DNA of 63,340 nt, counting the filler, from Aduncisulcus paluster (Eukaryota), in NCBI GenBank assembly GCA_024181965.1. It is 6 parts of 6 records of this genome, joined end to end, with 100 filler letters (N's around TTAATTAATTAA, not from the genome) between each part and the next. Parts side by side here need not be neighbours in the genome. Positions count along the whole stretch, not along the records: positions 28,239 to 38,372 come from BQXS01012666.1; positions 38,473 to 56,672 come from BQXS01012668.1; 4 more parts are not named here. One strand, written 5' to 3'. The position numbers and the translations under genes were made by a program. The notes beneath the pieces are model-generated. The model made no database searches and had not been told where the DNA came from. It saw nothing but the letters and a program-made list of their open reading frames with translations. Positions 34,043-46,100 of this stretch are shown here, in pieces (within the stretch, counting starts at the first letter, position 1; each line of letters opens with the position of its first letter).

Positions 34043-37000
34043 ATGGCATTTTGGAATAGAAAAAAGAAATCAGACATAAAACATGAGGAAACAATTATAA
34101 GCGATGATCCATTGAAGGCTGAAGAGATAGCCTCGTTCCGTTCGGAAATGTTGGAAAGTGGTATTCCTTTGGAGAATATTGACGATTTACTTGCCAAAAA
34201 ATCTCCAAAGGAGATTAGAATGATGAATCAACAGTTTATTTTGTCTTCTACAAAGACCAAAACTCTCGAAAAGACACCAAAGTACTATTTCAATATTGTA
34301 AAGAATAAGCCTGTATTCAAGAATTTTAAAACCCTAGAAACCGCATTAAAAGGTGCTCAAGTTTCAAAAGTGGTCGATTTTATTGATTGTGGTGGACTTT
34401 TGTGGATGTTGGAAAAGATCGAGAATATTTGTGAACAATTTGCTGATACCATTAGTCCCACATCCTCTATCGNNNNNNNNNNNNNNNNNNNNTGGAGAAT
34501 ATTGACGATTTACTTGCCAAAAAATCTCCAAAGGAGATTAGAATGATGAATCAACAGTTTATTTTGTCTTCTACAAAGACCAAAACTCTCGAAAAGACAC
34601 CAAAGTACTATTTCAATATTGTAAAGAATAAGCCTGTATTCAAGAATTTTAAAACCCTAGAAACCGCATTAAAAGGTGCTCAAGTTTCAAAAGTGGTCGA
34701 TTTTATTGATTGTGGTGGACTTTTGTGGATGTTGGAAAAGATCGAGAATATTTGTGAACAATTTGCTGATACCATTAGTCCCACATCCTCTATCGGGGCC
34801 GAGGCCTCACAATCTGAAATTATGCAAACTCTTATCCATGCCGTAATGAAATGCGTCAATCTTCCTAAGGATCATCCTTTATCTAATCGAGGGGTGAATG
34901 TTCTGGCTGCCTTCGGAATCCATCGTATCACAGTGTGGCTTCACCCACAATATGGCCTTTCAACCGAATTACGGGAACATCTTGCAGCCACATTATGCGC
35001 AGCTGTTAAACATGTTGATTGGACAAATCGTTGGAGGGAACACATTGGTATCCATGATAAAGTTATTCGTTCCTGTACAATATATGACAATCCCCATGCA
35101 ACATTGAGAAAGTATTTTAATAGAGAGATGTTGACAGAGGATGAACTTCAACATTTAGCTCCAGCTCTCTCCTCTATTTTTAAGGCTTTACCTTGTCCCG
35201 TTCCTGAAGAAGAAGTTCAATTCTTTGATGTTTTTTTGAATGCCATAGAGTGTATTATTCGTGACATTTATAAAGATACCCTCCCTCTTAATCTCATTCT
35301 CAGTTTTGGTGAACATCAGGTTGATACAGAACTCCAGCGTCACCTTGAAGCCGTCGATGAATGCTTCGAGACTATTATGGAGAGAGTGGAAAAAGAAGCA
35401 GCCTCTTCCGATGTGGATGCTGAAAGTGAGTCCACGAATAATGAGGATAATATTGCACGTTTCATGACATCATATGACATGAAACTTGTTGATTTGAAAC
35501 AGAGGCTTGAATCTGTCATTGACACTTGTGATCGAGAGATTATCGAACTTGAGAAGAATATAACAAAAGCCACCGTTAAGTGCATTGAAGACACAATGTC
35601 GAAGCTCCGTGATATCAATGATTCATTGATCCTGAAGATTAAAAAGAGTAAGGTTGGAATGGATCACATATCAGCAGTTGGGTGTGAGTGTCTTGGAAAT
35701 ATTGTCAAGTGTGCCGAAGAGATGGGAAACCCTGGGGTATGGGCACGTATCTTTAGCCGTGTGTTTTGTGAAGCCGGCTCATCCCTTGTTCTTGTTATGG
35801 AACAGTCCGACAGTACCTCCTTATTTGGTTATTCGGCCGACTCTGATCCTCCACTAGATTCATACGAGTTTGTTCTGCTTGTTTTGGGGATGTTTCTGAT
35901 TGATAAAAGACAATCTGAAATCAAACGAGGCCAAGAAGCTGGAGAAATTGAAATCGATTCTCTTACCATTCTCAATGATTCTGATTTGAAGTCGCAAATG
36001 GTTGAAATTAAAAAGAAGAATACAGAAATGAAACAAACAATTGCCAGACTTGAATCTAGGATTAAGAAAGAAGCTTCAAAAAGGGAACAAATTGAAGAAG
36101 AGAAGAATTCTTTATTACAAACCATTGATGGATTGAAGCAATCTCAAACAATGAATCCCTCAAGTTCACCTCCTGGCATGCCTCCTAAACTCGGTGGACC
36201 TCCTGGCATGCCTCCTAAACTCGGTGGACCTCCTGGCATGCCTCCTAAACTTGGTGGACCTCCTGGCATGCCTCCTAAACTCGGTGGACCTCCTGGCATG
36301 CCTTCTAAACTCGGTGGACCTCCTGGCATGCCTTCTAAACTCGGTGGACCTCCTGGCATGCCTCCTAAACTCGGTGGACCTCCTGGCATGCCTCCNNNNN
36401 NNNNNNNNNNNNNNNTGCCTCCTAAACTCGGTGGACCTCCTGGCATGCCTCCTAAACTCGGTGGACCTCCTGGCATGCCTCCTAAACTCGGTGGACCTCC
36501 TGGCATGCCTCCTAAACTTGGTGGACCTCCTGGTATGCCTCCTAAACTCGGTGGACCTCCTGGTATGCCTCCTAAACTCGGTGGACCTCCTGGCATGCCT
36601 CCTAAACTTGGTGGACCTCCTGGTATGCCTCCTAAACTCGGTGGACCTCCCGGTATGCCCCCACGAATGGGCGGTCCTCCTGGCATGCCCCCACGAATGG
36701 GCGGTCCTCCTGGCATGCCCCCACGAATGGGCGGTCCTCCTGGCATGCCTCCTAAACTCGGTGGACCTCCTGGCATGCCTCCTAAACTTGGTGGACCTCC
36801 TGGTATGCCTCCTAAACTCGGTGGACCTCCTGGTATGCCTCCTAAACTCGGTGGACCTCCTGGCATGCCTCCTAAACTTGGTGGACCTCCTGGCATGCCC
36901 CCACGAATGGGCGGTCCTCCTGGCATGCCCCCACGAATGGGCGGTCCTCCTGGCATGCCCCCACGAATGGGCGGTCCTCCTGGCATGCCCCCACGAATGG

Positions 37001-38372
37001 GCGGTCCTCCCGGAATGGGTAGAAATTATGGGACGTTTAAGCCGGCTCTTCCTGAAAAAGAGAACCCCAAGCCCGAACTTCCCATGAAGAAGTGTCGTTG
37101 GACGCGAATTAGTGATCGTAAGATTCAAGGAACCATTTGGGAAGTTATTGGAAAAGATGATATTGAAATTGATGTTGAACCTTTGCAGAGTGCTTTTGGA
37201 ACCAAGGTAATTAATGCCCCAGTCCAAACAATTGTAAAGAAAAAACAATCCACCGTCGTATCGTTGTTTGATCCAAACCGTCAACGTGATCTTGCTATTG
37301 CTCTAACGAATGCAAAACTTCCTTTTTCTGAGATAAATATGGCTATATTTGCGATGGACGATGAAAAACTTGGATCCGATCAAGTGTCTGCTCTTTCAAG
37401 AGAATGCCCTTCATCTGGAGAGTTTTCACTCGTCAAAGAGTTTGATGGACCGAAAGAGAAGCTTGGCAAGACTGAACAATTTGTACTAAGCCTCTCTAAA
37501 GTTCCTTGTTTGAAATTGCGATTATCCAGTTGGAAGATTAAGAATAGTTTTACTCCATTGTTGAATTTCTTGGAGCCTTCAATCGAAAATATGCAAGAAT
37601 GCGCCACTATTTTACGTTCCAACGTTAAGTTTCTATACTTTCTGAGATATGTATTAAGTGTTGGAAATTATATGAATGGTGGTACTCGTCAAGGTGGTGC
37701 CTATGGGTTCTCGTTGTCTTCTTTGACAAAATTGAGCTCAATCAAAGGAAATAATAAGAGATCTTTGGTATATTATATTATCCGAAAGATTCAAGAAGAT
37801 GACGAGAAACGGACCCAAGAAAGTGACAAAGATTCTGATCCCAAGGACTCCAAAGAAGACAACAAATCGAAGCAAACCGACAATCCTCTTGGTCTCCCCA
37901 AGGTTTCTCCAAGTCTTTCAGCCTTCAATGGTCCAGTCCTCTCTTTTGTTGACGATTTTGAGTGTTTCATGAAATGTTCCAAGATCACAATGAATGGACT
38001 CAAAGAAGATTATAGAGAGCTTGAAAAGAGTGTCAAAACAGTGGAAAGTGCACTTGAAAGTGTTCCAAAACCATCTGAACAAGATAGCTTTGATAAGTTC
38101 CACGAAGTGATGGGGTCTTTCCACAAGCAGGCTGTTCTCTCTGTTTCAAGTGTTAAAGAGGATCTTGACACCATTGAGGAAGATCACCGGAAAACATCAG
38201 AGGCGTTTGGAGAAATTCCCTCGAAATTTCCCCTTGATGAAATGATTTTGATGATGATTGGTTTCGTGAATGAAATCAAATCCAATATCCAACAAATCGC
38301 TGCGGACAAGGAAAAGGAGAAAAAGATAGCAAAGAAAAAAGAAGAAAAGAAAGAAGAAGCAGAAAAAGCACT
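34043..38372 (+). CDS. Formin (FH1 + FH2), 3' truncated; 5' split by assembly duplication at N gap 34473-34492
   Basis: Proline-rich FH1; FH2 motifs MKKCRW..GTIW, DPNRQRDLAIAL, LSVGNYMNGGTRQGGAYGFSLSSLTKL. Confidence 0.95.
36168..37020 (+). repeat. 30-nt coding minisatellite (PPGMPPKLGG / PPGMPPRMGG) forming the formin FH1
   Basis: Over 25 near-identical 30-mers in two variants; N gap 36396-36415 makes the copy number uncertain. Confidence 0.95.
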
Positions 38373-38472
38373 NNNNNNNNNNNNNNNNNNNNNNNNNNNN
38401 NNNNNNNNNNNNNNNNTTAATTAATTAANNNNNNNNNNNNNNNNNNNNNNNNNNNNNNNNNNNNNNNNNNNN
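38373..38472. other. Artificial scaffold-join spacer
   Basis: N-TTAATTAATTAA-N, 100 nt. Confidence 0.97.
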
Positions 38473-38911
38473 CCGTCAACACACCAACTCTTGGCAAAGT
38501 CTTTAACACTGCCACCTCGACAGTATTCCATGCAGAATCCATAGACTCCTTCATATTTCTCATCGAGAAGATCAAGAATGTACATCGGACGAGGAATACG
38601 ATTGAAACATCTTGGGTTCATGAACAATCTTACCTGAGTATCAAATTCTTGACGACATGCTTCAATAACTCCCTTATCACCAACTCGAAGCATTTTCTTG
38701 AGGACATAAACACCATCGATTCCTTTAATAGCCACAAGATTAACTTCTCCAAATCCACCTTCACCCAATCGACACAGAGATTCGAGAGCAGATGCGGAAG
38801 TTAATGTCTTGGAATCATGTTTTTTACGCTTGTGGCCAGAATAGGTTTCGGCGAAGAGGAAGACCCTTCTTGTGAGGAATTTCTCAATGGTTTAGATCTG
38901 TCCTTTTCCAT
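38473..38911 (-). CDS. Protein kinase N-lobe (lineage-expanded family); truncated, with apparent 1-nt frameshift near 38820
   Basis: LGEGGFGEV, VLKKM, alphaC RQEF, GFCMEYCRGGS. The ATG at 38911 is out of frame by one base across an A6 run. Confidence 0.8.
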
Positions 38912-39573
38912 TGATAGAATACGATATTATACAACTACAATTAAGGTTGATATTGAATAAAATGGGTCAGTGAAAATATCCCTATAATTAAGAGATAATG
39001 GAAACAGTCATTGAGGCAAAAACATTAGACGATATTCATGGATATGAATGGGAGTAAAAAAACATTAATAATGCAAAACGTACTTGGATTTACAAAAATG
39101 ACTCCGAATGGTATATCAATTGTAGCCAAACGATGAAACTTTCAAGAAGTCATTTTGGATATCTATGTTACAGGGAATAATAATTGGATATGTCGATAAA
39201 ATATTTTGTAAATTTTAAATATTTTAATATTATTTGCAACAACCATTGTTGAACCCCGTTTTCATAAAAGTCGTTGTTTTCTGCACAACGACATGTTTTC
39301 ATCAATATTTAAGTGTTAATTCTTCTCGAAAGTTGTATGATATTAAGGAAATGTCCCCATTCTCGAGACCAGAAGGGGTGTAAATAGGTTCTAATATGTG
39401 TTTGCCTCCACAAGATAGAACTTTTCCTTTTGAAATTTAAAAAATATTCTAATAAATTTCTTGTATCCAGTCTATATTATTTACTCTTGCTATACTTTGC
39501 TGCTGTTTACTATTTGATTATCGAACATCAACAACATTGATTTTCGGATCAATAGGCTTGTTATTGTATTGTT

Positions 39574-41955
39574 ATGAAGAATTTCTGTTTTTATGTAAGA
39601 AAACTCTTTTGTTTTCTTACCCAAAAATATAAATATTTTGTTTGCTGCTCCCCGAAAGAAAATATGGATGATTCCTATTGGTCATGGGAATCGTCCATTG
39701 AAATAATTTCAATATCCTTGGCGAAAAATAATGATTATATTGTAGCCACCCTTAAAGATTTCAATATAGTTGTTTTATCGATTGTAGATGGAAAAATAGT
39801 TTTTCAAGTATCTTTGGCTCATATATATTCGGACAAATCTTCATCTCCACGTGAATCAATTATAATAATTCCAAAATCACACTATAAATGTTCTATTCCC
39901 TCTGATATCGCTCCTCTTGACATGCTAATCGCTGTTGAGGATGACGATGCCCATATCAATGTTTTGACATATAATGGAGTTAAAATTGCTTCCATCCAAA
40001 TAGAACCCTCCGATAGTGATGGTACATCAGGAGGATTATATGATGATGAATCAGGAGGGTTATACGATGTTTCCTCTGAAGTTATTTCCCCTTCCTCCCG
40101 TGAGTTTATTTATTCTGAAGAAGATTTGCATGAAGATTATAATATATTAGACCATATCACACAACTTTCTCCATTACAACGATGGGCAGCCTCAGTGAAG
40201 ATCCCACGACAAAGCCAACTCTTGGTTTCGACTCTATTCCATGTTGAACGTGCCAGAAATGCCTTTTCTAAGTCTAAAAAAGACTTTTTGGATGGAATTG
40301 TTAAGCTAAAAGAAATAATATCCGACTTTTATGCCATTTTCCAGACAATATATGATTCCTATTCCATCTCACATCGTTCGCCTGAATCTCGAGGAGATAA
40401 TCCCAAACATGTATCGAAGAGTTCAATTCAATGCATTATTCCGAAGACAGAGAAGGATTCTAAAGAGACAGTCTCGGGAATTCTCGATCATTTACAACAT
40501 TTAGAGACAATGAGATCTCAACTCAAGCATTCATCACAATCATGTTATGATATATCCGATTATTCATCTCAAATGACACCATCTCGTTCGTCTTGTTCAT
40601 CTTGTTCATCGCTACCCTCAGATACTGAATTTGCTTTCTTATTACCGTTATCACCAACACAGTTTGCATCATCTGCTCCTTCTTTCTCACCCGTTATTCC
40701 TCCAATGTCCACTCTCCATTCATTTACAATGTCCCCCGATTCCCTGTCCCTGTCTCTTGCCCTCTGCTCTGGTCTGTGTCCAACCAGTATCCGAGTGTCC
40801 ATGAAAAGAGTTCAATCTGAGATAAAAGAAGAGTGTGAGAGATTGAATCTTGGACTTAAACAAGCGATCGAGAAGGTTTGGGAGAATGTTTGTGCTTTCA
40901 TTTTTGATGCTTGCTCAGAAATCAAGCTTGCTGGATCTCTAGTGAAACAATGGGAAGAATCCAAGGGGGAAAACAACAAAATAATCATTCGTAAAAAAGA
41001 AGAAGAAGGAGAAGAGCTGCCATCAACGATTATGTTAGACATTAAGAATGAATTGCAATACATATCTTCCCTGGCAAAAGCTATATTCCACCTTCTTGCA
41101 CCTGTGGTCTCTCTTTCTCACGATCTATTTTCATCCTTCGACTTTTTATTGAGATCTCTCAAACGTCTAGAGCTTGACACTGCTCGTGAATCTATATATA
41201 GTGAGATTGAGAAACAAAAACAGCTTCACCAAACCCACCACTCCGTTTCCTCAGCCCAAACAGGTATGATTGGATCTCACCAAACTCATTCGCACGACCG
41301 ACAATCACGAATGTCGTCCCATCTCTCTTCCCGTCGCGAGAGATTGGCTCAGATAGCCTTTTCAAGGAGGTCTGGTTACAATTCTACAAATACTTATGGA
41401 TCAGATGCACAATCTTCTTCCTCTTCCTCTTCCTCTTCCTCTTCCTCTTCCTCTTCCGCGTCTTTCTCTTCTTCTTTTCCTTACGAACAGGCGGCTGCTT
41501 TCTCGATTAGTCCAGACTCACTTCCTTCAGATTATGATGTTTTGCACCCAAAGACACGCAGTGTTGACGGATGGTCAAACTCTATCAACATTGAGTCAAT
41601 TTGTCGTGTATTTTCAATGCTCTGGGTTGAAGTATTCGACCATGCCTGTGGGGTTGATCGAACTGAGCAGATCAAGAGGAAAAGCATGACTAAAATAACA
41701 TGTAAGAAATTAGATTTGGACAATAACTCAAATATAAAAGAAAGTTTATTGTTGCTGGATATATATAACAATGGGAAAGATAAATTGGATTCGCAACGAG
41801 AGATCAACAAAAAGAATGTGATCGAGCAATGTCACAAACTTGGAAGAGAATTTGATGGCTCTACATTGACAGTTCCACGCATCCTCGATGAGCTCTGTTC
41901 CAGACAACTCCTTGCTGATGAGGCTCGGAATGAATTACGGAAAATCTTTCAATAG
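39574..41955 (+). CDS. Uncharacterised protein, possibly a divergent APC/C subunit 4
   Basis: 793-aa ORF; WD-like SLAKNNDYIVATLKDFNIVVLSIVDGKIV and helical LALCSGLCP..IEKVWENV..FSSFDFLLRSL resemble APC4 domains by eye. Confidence refers to the ORF plus a tentative call. Confidence 0.5.
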   Translation: MKNFCFYVRKLFCFLTQKYKYFVCCSPKENMDDSYWSWESSIEIISISLAKNNDYIVATLKDFNIVVLSIVDGKIVFQVSLAHIYSDKSSSPRESIIIIPKSHYKCSIPSDIAPLDMLIAVEDDDAHINVLTYNGVKIASIQIEPSDSDGTSGGLYDDESGGLYDVSSEVISPSSREFIYSEEDLHEDYNILDHITQLSPLQRWAASVKIPRQSQLLVSTLFHVERARNAFSKSKKDFLDGIVKLKEIISDFYAIFQTIYDSYSISHRSPESRGDNPKHVSKSSIQCIIPKTEKDSKETVSGILDHLQHLETMRSQLKHSSQSCYDISDYSSQMTPSRSSCSSCSSLPSDTEFAFLLPLSPTQFASSAPSFSPVIPPMSTLHSFTMSPDSLSLSLALCSGLCPTSIRVSMKRVQSEIKEECERLNLGLKQAIEKVWENVCAFIFDACSEIKLAGSLVKQWEESKGENNKIIIRKKEEEGEELPSTIMLDIKNELQYISSLAKAIFHLLAPVVSLSHDLFSSFDFLLRSLKRLELDTARESIYSEIEKQKQLHQTHHSVSSAQTGMIGSHQTHSHDRQSRMSSHLSSRRERLAQIAFSRRSGYNSTNTYGSDAQSSSSSSSSSSSSSSSASFSSSFPYEQAAAFSISPDSLPSDYDVLHPKTRSVDGWSNSINIESICRVFSMLWVEVFDHACGVDRTEQIKRKSMTKITCKKLDLDNNSNIKESLLLLDIYNNGKDKLDSQREINKKNVIEQCHKLGREFDGSTLTVPRILDELCSRQLLADEARNELRKIFQ

Positions 41956-42797
41956 AATCTTTCAATAGAATCCATAATTGAATGGATAGATCTAGTGTTA
42001 ATAAACACTCAGTGTTACCATTTAATTGTGACCATTGTTGAACGTCAGGATTCAACCGTGTTTAAATGATTTTATTAAGATAGATTAAATATCTTGACAT
42101 AAAGATGTAATAGCCGAAATTACCAATATTACTGAGCTTTTATTTTACTGATATATCATATATCCCATATCTGTTGATTCTATTGAGCGTTCGAATGAGA
42201 TTAATTGATCCAATATTATAACAATTTACCCTAAAAGGATAACCATTCAATCGATTTAATCTCTTTGTTACAATACTTAGGTCAGGAATTGAGTCTGTTC
42301 TGATTTTCTGCTTCAACTCCATCCAATGATATTGTATCCTTCTTCTCTCTTCATGTCATGCAAGAAACACCAGAAAAAAGCCAAAACTAAATTATGATAT
42401 CTATTTTTAGAATTTCTATTTTTAGAAACACATGAAATTATTCTGTCTCTATATCCGATATTATACCTGTATTTGCTTGTTAGCAGGAATTTTAAGTTGA
42501 GGAACATTTTCATTCCTCATGGCAACTGATAATAGGAGAATTTCATAATTTAAGATATCAAATTTTCCCTTTTAGTCTTAACTGATCATCAATTATAGTG
42601 ATGGAGATTGATGATTACCGACATCAACCGGTGATTACCGGTATTCTTTTATTTTAATAAATTTGCTAGTCTCCCTTCACGGGATTAATAATAGATTGAT
42701 TCCATAATTTAATGTTCCGTTTCTTGTCCGAATAGTCATTATAATAATGCATTATTAGTTGTATCTGTTACATGTAGAATTTACAACTATCTCACAT

Positions 42798-45700
42798 TTA
42801 TACTTTACTTTCCCAACTTCCATCTTCTGTGACAACCACTCCACTGCTCAATATTTCCCCTTTGTTATGATCATACATCTTTAGTTGACGCTGAACTATA
42901 CCTTCGATAGAGGGACATTTTAGCCCTAACCCAAGACGAGGAATAAGGAATTTAATTTTTCGAACACACTCTCTTGCTTCATGAATTGACATCCGCTCTT
43001 CAGCTTTCTTCTTCGTTAGTCCTGCGAATGTTTCCCCGATGCATTCAGCAATTTCTTCTCCACCTTTGGCCTTCCCCTTCAATTTCCTGAATATGAGACA
43101 CGATTCAAGCGAAACCATGGGTTCTTCTCCCTCTTCTATTAGTTTTTTTAGTTCAGTGATAAATGAAGTAGGATTATCCAAATCTTCTCTCCTAATTCCC
43201 AATGATGGTGGAGAACCCTGGTTGAATAATGTATATAGAGCCATCCCCAATGAATATGCAACACTTTTCAAAGTATGAATTCCACTTAGTAAAGTCTCAG
43301 GAGCATTGTATATCAAAGAACCACAAATTGAAGATGTTCTCTTATCCTTTTCTCTCTCTTTCTCTTTCTTCTTCCCAAGCATTGAATCCTCTGAAGAATA
43401 TGGACCCGGAGTGGAGGATGGTAAAAATGAATCTTGATGTCCGGCTAAGCCCAAGTCTCCAAGGACAACTTTGCATTCATTAGTCTTTGGATCAATTCGA
43501 ACAAGAAACTTATCAGGTTTGATATCACAAAAGGGAAATCCAAGGGTAAATTTATCCGTTTTTTTTCTTTCAAATGCTTTCAAAACATCATCAATGCATT
43601 CAATTGTAGAAACCCAAATTGAAGCTAATTTGAAAGGATTGTATAAACCAGGAGAAACTCTGTCTATATCAACAAAGGTCGAAGACTCAGACTCAGACTC
43701 AGACTCTTCATGTTTTCTTGGTGGCATTTCGATACACCACAATTTTGAAAACTCTGAAATGTTTCCACCTCTACAAAATTCCACTGAAAATCCATAATCA
43801 CCAACAAGTTTCTTGTTGAGGAAATTGAAAATATACAGAGGTTTTGGGAGACCTTCTCTACATTCTTCATACATTTTCTTCTGCGTTTTAAATTTTGCTT
43901 TTAATTCCTTAATCAACTTCTTATCAGCTTTTCGAAGCATTTTCTTGAACACACATGGTTCTTCAATCCCAGGAATCTGTACAAGTAGTACTTGACCAAA
44001 TCCACCTTGTCCAATGATACATAACGATTCAATCTCATCTGGTGTTATCAAAGTGTATGAATTTGGAGGTTTTGCCGGAGGTTTAGGCATTGGATCTGGA
44101 TCTGTGACTTGTTCTCTGAGAGCAATTGGAGGAATTCGCTTGGCCCTGTGAACACGATCAGATGTATCTTGTTCAACAATAGGATCAAGTCGTTTTGGAG
44201 TAAGATTAACCTCAGGTTTTGGTTTTGGTTTTGGAACATATGGTAATTCAAGATTCAAGAATTTCAAAGGGGGAACCATTTCAGGGGCTGATACAGCACT
44301 TAAGACAGCCAAGACGTGTTTCTTATACAAGACAAAAATTAAAATCACGAACAAAAAGAGCCCAAAGCCACCAAGAGCCACCAAAGTCACCCTCAAACCC
44401 TCTTTATCTTGATTTTTACACAACCAAAGCCCAGTTACAAGAGAAGAGATGGCAAAACTCACAAGCAATTCCATCAAAAGAATTGCATTTGAATGTTTAT
44501 CTGCATAGAGCTTCCATCCAGAAATCATCAGACCAAAGAAGATGATACCCAGACATACAGAAGCCCAACACAACGGGTGCAGACTGTAACTTTCAGAGAA
44601 GACGAAATCATAGAAGATTGGGAGGATGAGCATTGGTAACCATAAAAATGCAAATATGGGGGTGGCATAGTCTTCAAAAATATCATCTCCAAACACTTTG
44701 ACAAACCCAGAAGAAGACTCATCCAAGTACCCTATCATTGAAACAACTCCAAAAAAACAAAAAAACACGACCAATATGGTTGCTGTGAGTGCCATCTTCC
44801 AATCTTCCGTGTAAATCCAGAGATAAACACAACACACCAAACAGAAAGCCTCGAACAGAGTGAAGAGTGACATATAGAGAGGATGTCCGATTGTTCCCAA
44901 GGCATGAGATGTTTCTATGATCAAAATAATGGTTCCAATTACAATATTTAATGCCATAGTAATTCCAATCATTATTATTGTGATCCCAACACTTGTACTG
45001 GAATCTATAGCCAGAAATAAAAATACACAAACAGAAAATCCGATTGTTTCGACGATCATTGTTATCAAATGAATAACTTCTTCAGAAGTATTGAATAACG
45101 CCCCAGAACCAACACATATAGCGATCAAGATTGGCAGCACACCAACGATTATGCACCAAGCGATATCATAGACATATCCCCAAATGAAAAGCATAATACA
45201 TAAACCGGTGGAATTAACTATGAGACATCCCAAAACAGAGTCATTATTATCCATATCCACCGCAATCAGGGAGACGATGTAAAATACGACAGGTATGATA
45301 AAACACCAAGGATTAACAAAAAATCCTGCAAGAGAAGTGGCACCACATGCGAAAAATCCAGCAAAAGCTGGGAAATTTCTGTCGTTGTCGTCATCTTCAG
45401 CATAAAACCATATCATTCCTCCAATTGCATTGATTAATCCTACTATTAATCCAAACACACACCACCCAAAAAAGTCTTCTCCTGATTTATGGAGAATCAA
45501 TCCTTTAGAATAAAAGGGTATGAGAACTCCTGCTATGAAAGTTGAGATCTTACCAAGAGCATCATTGTTAAACAATTTATCAGCATCTTCGCCACAACAT
45601 ATCGAAAAAAGAATCGGCCAACAAAGTCCAAACCAGCCTAGCCAAGCAAAAATTGACTCATCAAACACAAGAGTACTTTCTTCTTCTTCTTCTTCTTCTT

Positions 45701-46100
45701 CATAATCATAAGAATATGATTCTCTCACTGAGGAATCAACTTGAGGTATCTGATCATTTTTGAGGTTTGATGTATTCCTAATTGAACTATTTTGAGACAA
45801 TTCCGTATCTTTAGTGGTAATATTACCACGGTTTTCATTAATCTTGTGAATTAGAGAAGATTCTATTCGGGATCGCCTATCCCTATATTTAACAAAAGAA
45901 GCAGTATTATATTCCGTTAAATTATCTATTTCCTGGGCAATTTTATGGAAATTCTTCTTGGATTCACTTTTCGCCCGCAATAAACTTGATTCGGATTGAT
46001 CTTGAGGAATACTCCCATAATAAGGTATACCGTAGGAATAAGCAGTATTTATAAGTATAATAATCATAAAAATATTAATTATTAAAATTTGAAGTTTCAT
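42798..46100 (-). CDS. Signal peptide + ~14 TM helices + Pro-rich linker + kinase-like (probable pseudokinase) domain
   Basis: MKLQILIINIFMIIILINTAYS; serial hydrophobic segments; IGQGGFGQV, VFKKM, CDIKPDKF, DLG, YNAPE. Confidence 0.88.
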   Translation of the reverse strand: MKLQILIINIFMIIILINTAYSYGIPYYGSIPQDQSESSLLRAKSESKKNFHKIAQEIDNLTEYNTASFVKYRDRRSRIESSLIHKINENRGNITTKDTELSQNSSIRNTSNLKNDQIPQVDSSVRESYSYDYEEEEEEEESTLVFDESIFAWLGWFGLCWPILFSICCGEDADKLFNNDALGKISTFIAGVLIPFYSKGLILHKSGEDFFGWCVFGLIVGLINAIGGMIWFYAEDDDNDRNFPAFAGFFACGATSLAGFFVNPWCFIIPVVFYIVSLIAVDMDNNDSVLGCLIVNSTGLCIMLFIWGYVYDIAWCIIVGVLPILIAICVGSGALFNTSEEVIHLITMIVETIGFSVCVFLFLAIDSSTSVGITIIMIGITMALNIVIGTIILIIETSHALGTIGHPLYMSLFTLFEAFCLVCCVYLWIYTEDWKMALTATILVVFFCFFGVVSMIGYLDESSSGFVKVFGDDIFEDYATPIFAFLWLPMLILPIFYDFVFSESYSLHPLCWASVCLGIIFFGLMISGWKLYADKHSNAILLMELLVSFAISSLVTGLWLCKNQDKEGLRVTLVALGGFGLFLFVILIFVLYKKHVLAVLSAVSAPEMVPPLKFLNLELPYVPKPKPKPEVNLTPKRLDPIVEQDTSDRVHRAKRIPPIALREQVTDPDPMPKPPAKPPNSYTLITPDEIESLCIIGQGGFGQVLLVQIPGIEEPCVFKKMLRKADKKLIKELKAKFKTQKKMYEECREGLPKPLYIFNFLNKKLVGDYGFSVEFCRGGNISEFSKLWCIEMPPRKHEESESESESSTFVDIDRVSPGLYNPFKLASIWVSTIECIDDVLKAFERKKTDKFTLGFPFCDIKPDKFLVRIDPKTNECKVVLGDLGLAGHQDSFLPSSTPGPYSSEDSMLGKKKEKEREKDKRTSSICGSLIYNAPETLLSGIHTLKSVAYSLGMALYTLFNQGSPPSLGIRREDLDNPTSFITELKKLIEEGEEPMVSLESCLIFRKLKGKAKGGEEIAECIGETFAGLTKKKAEERMSIHEARECVRKIKFLIPRLGLGLKCPSIEGIVQRQLKMYDHNKGEILSSGVVVTEDGSWESKV

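Noticed and set aside
34170..34795. Apparent separate short formin-like gene (34043..34546)
   Set aside because: Duplicate around an N gap; it is the 5' end of the single formin gene.
36144..37284. Long alternative-frame and antisense ORFs, or a CRISPR-like array
   Set aside because: By-products of the stop-free 30-nt FH1 repeat; no unique spacers and no cas genes.
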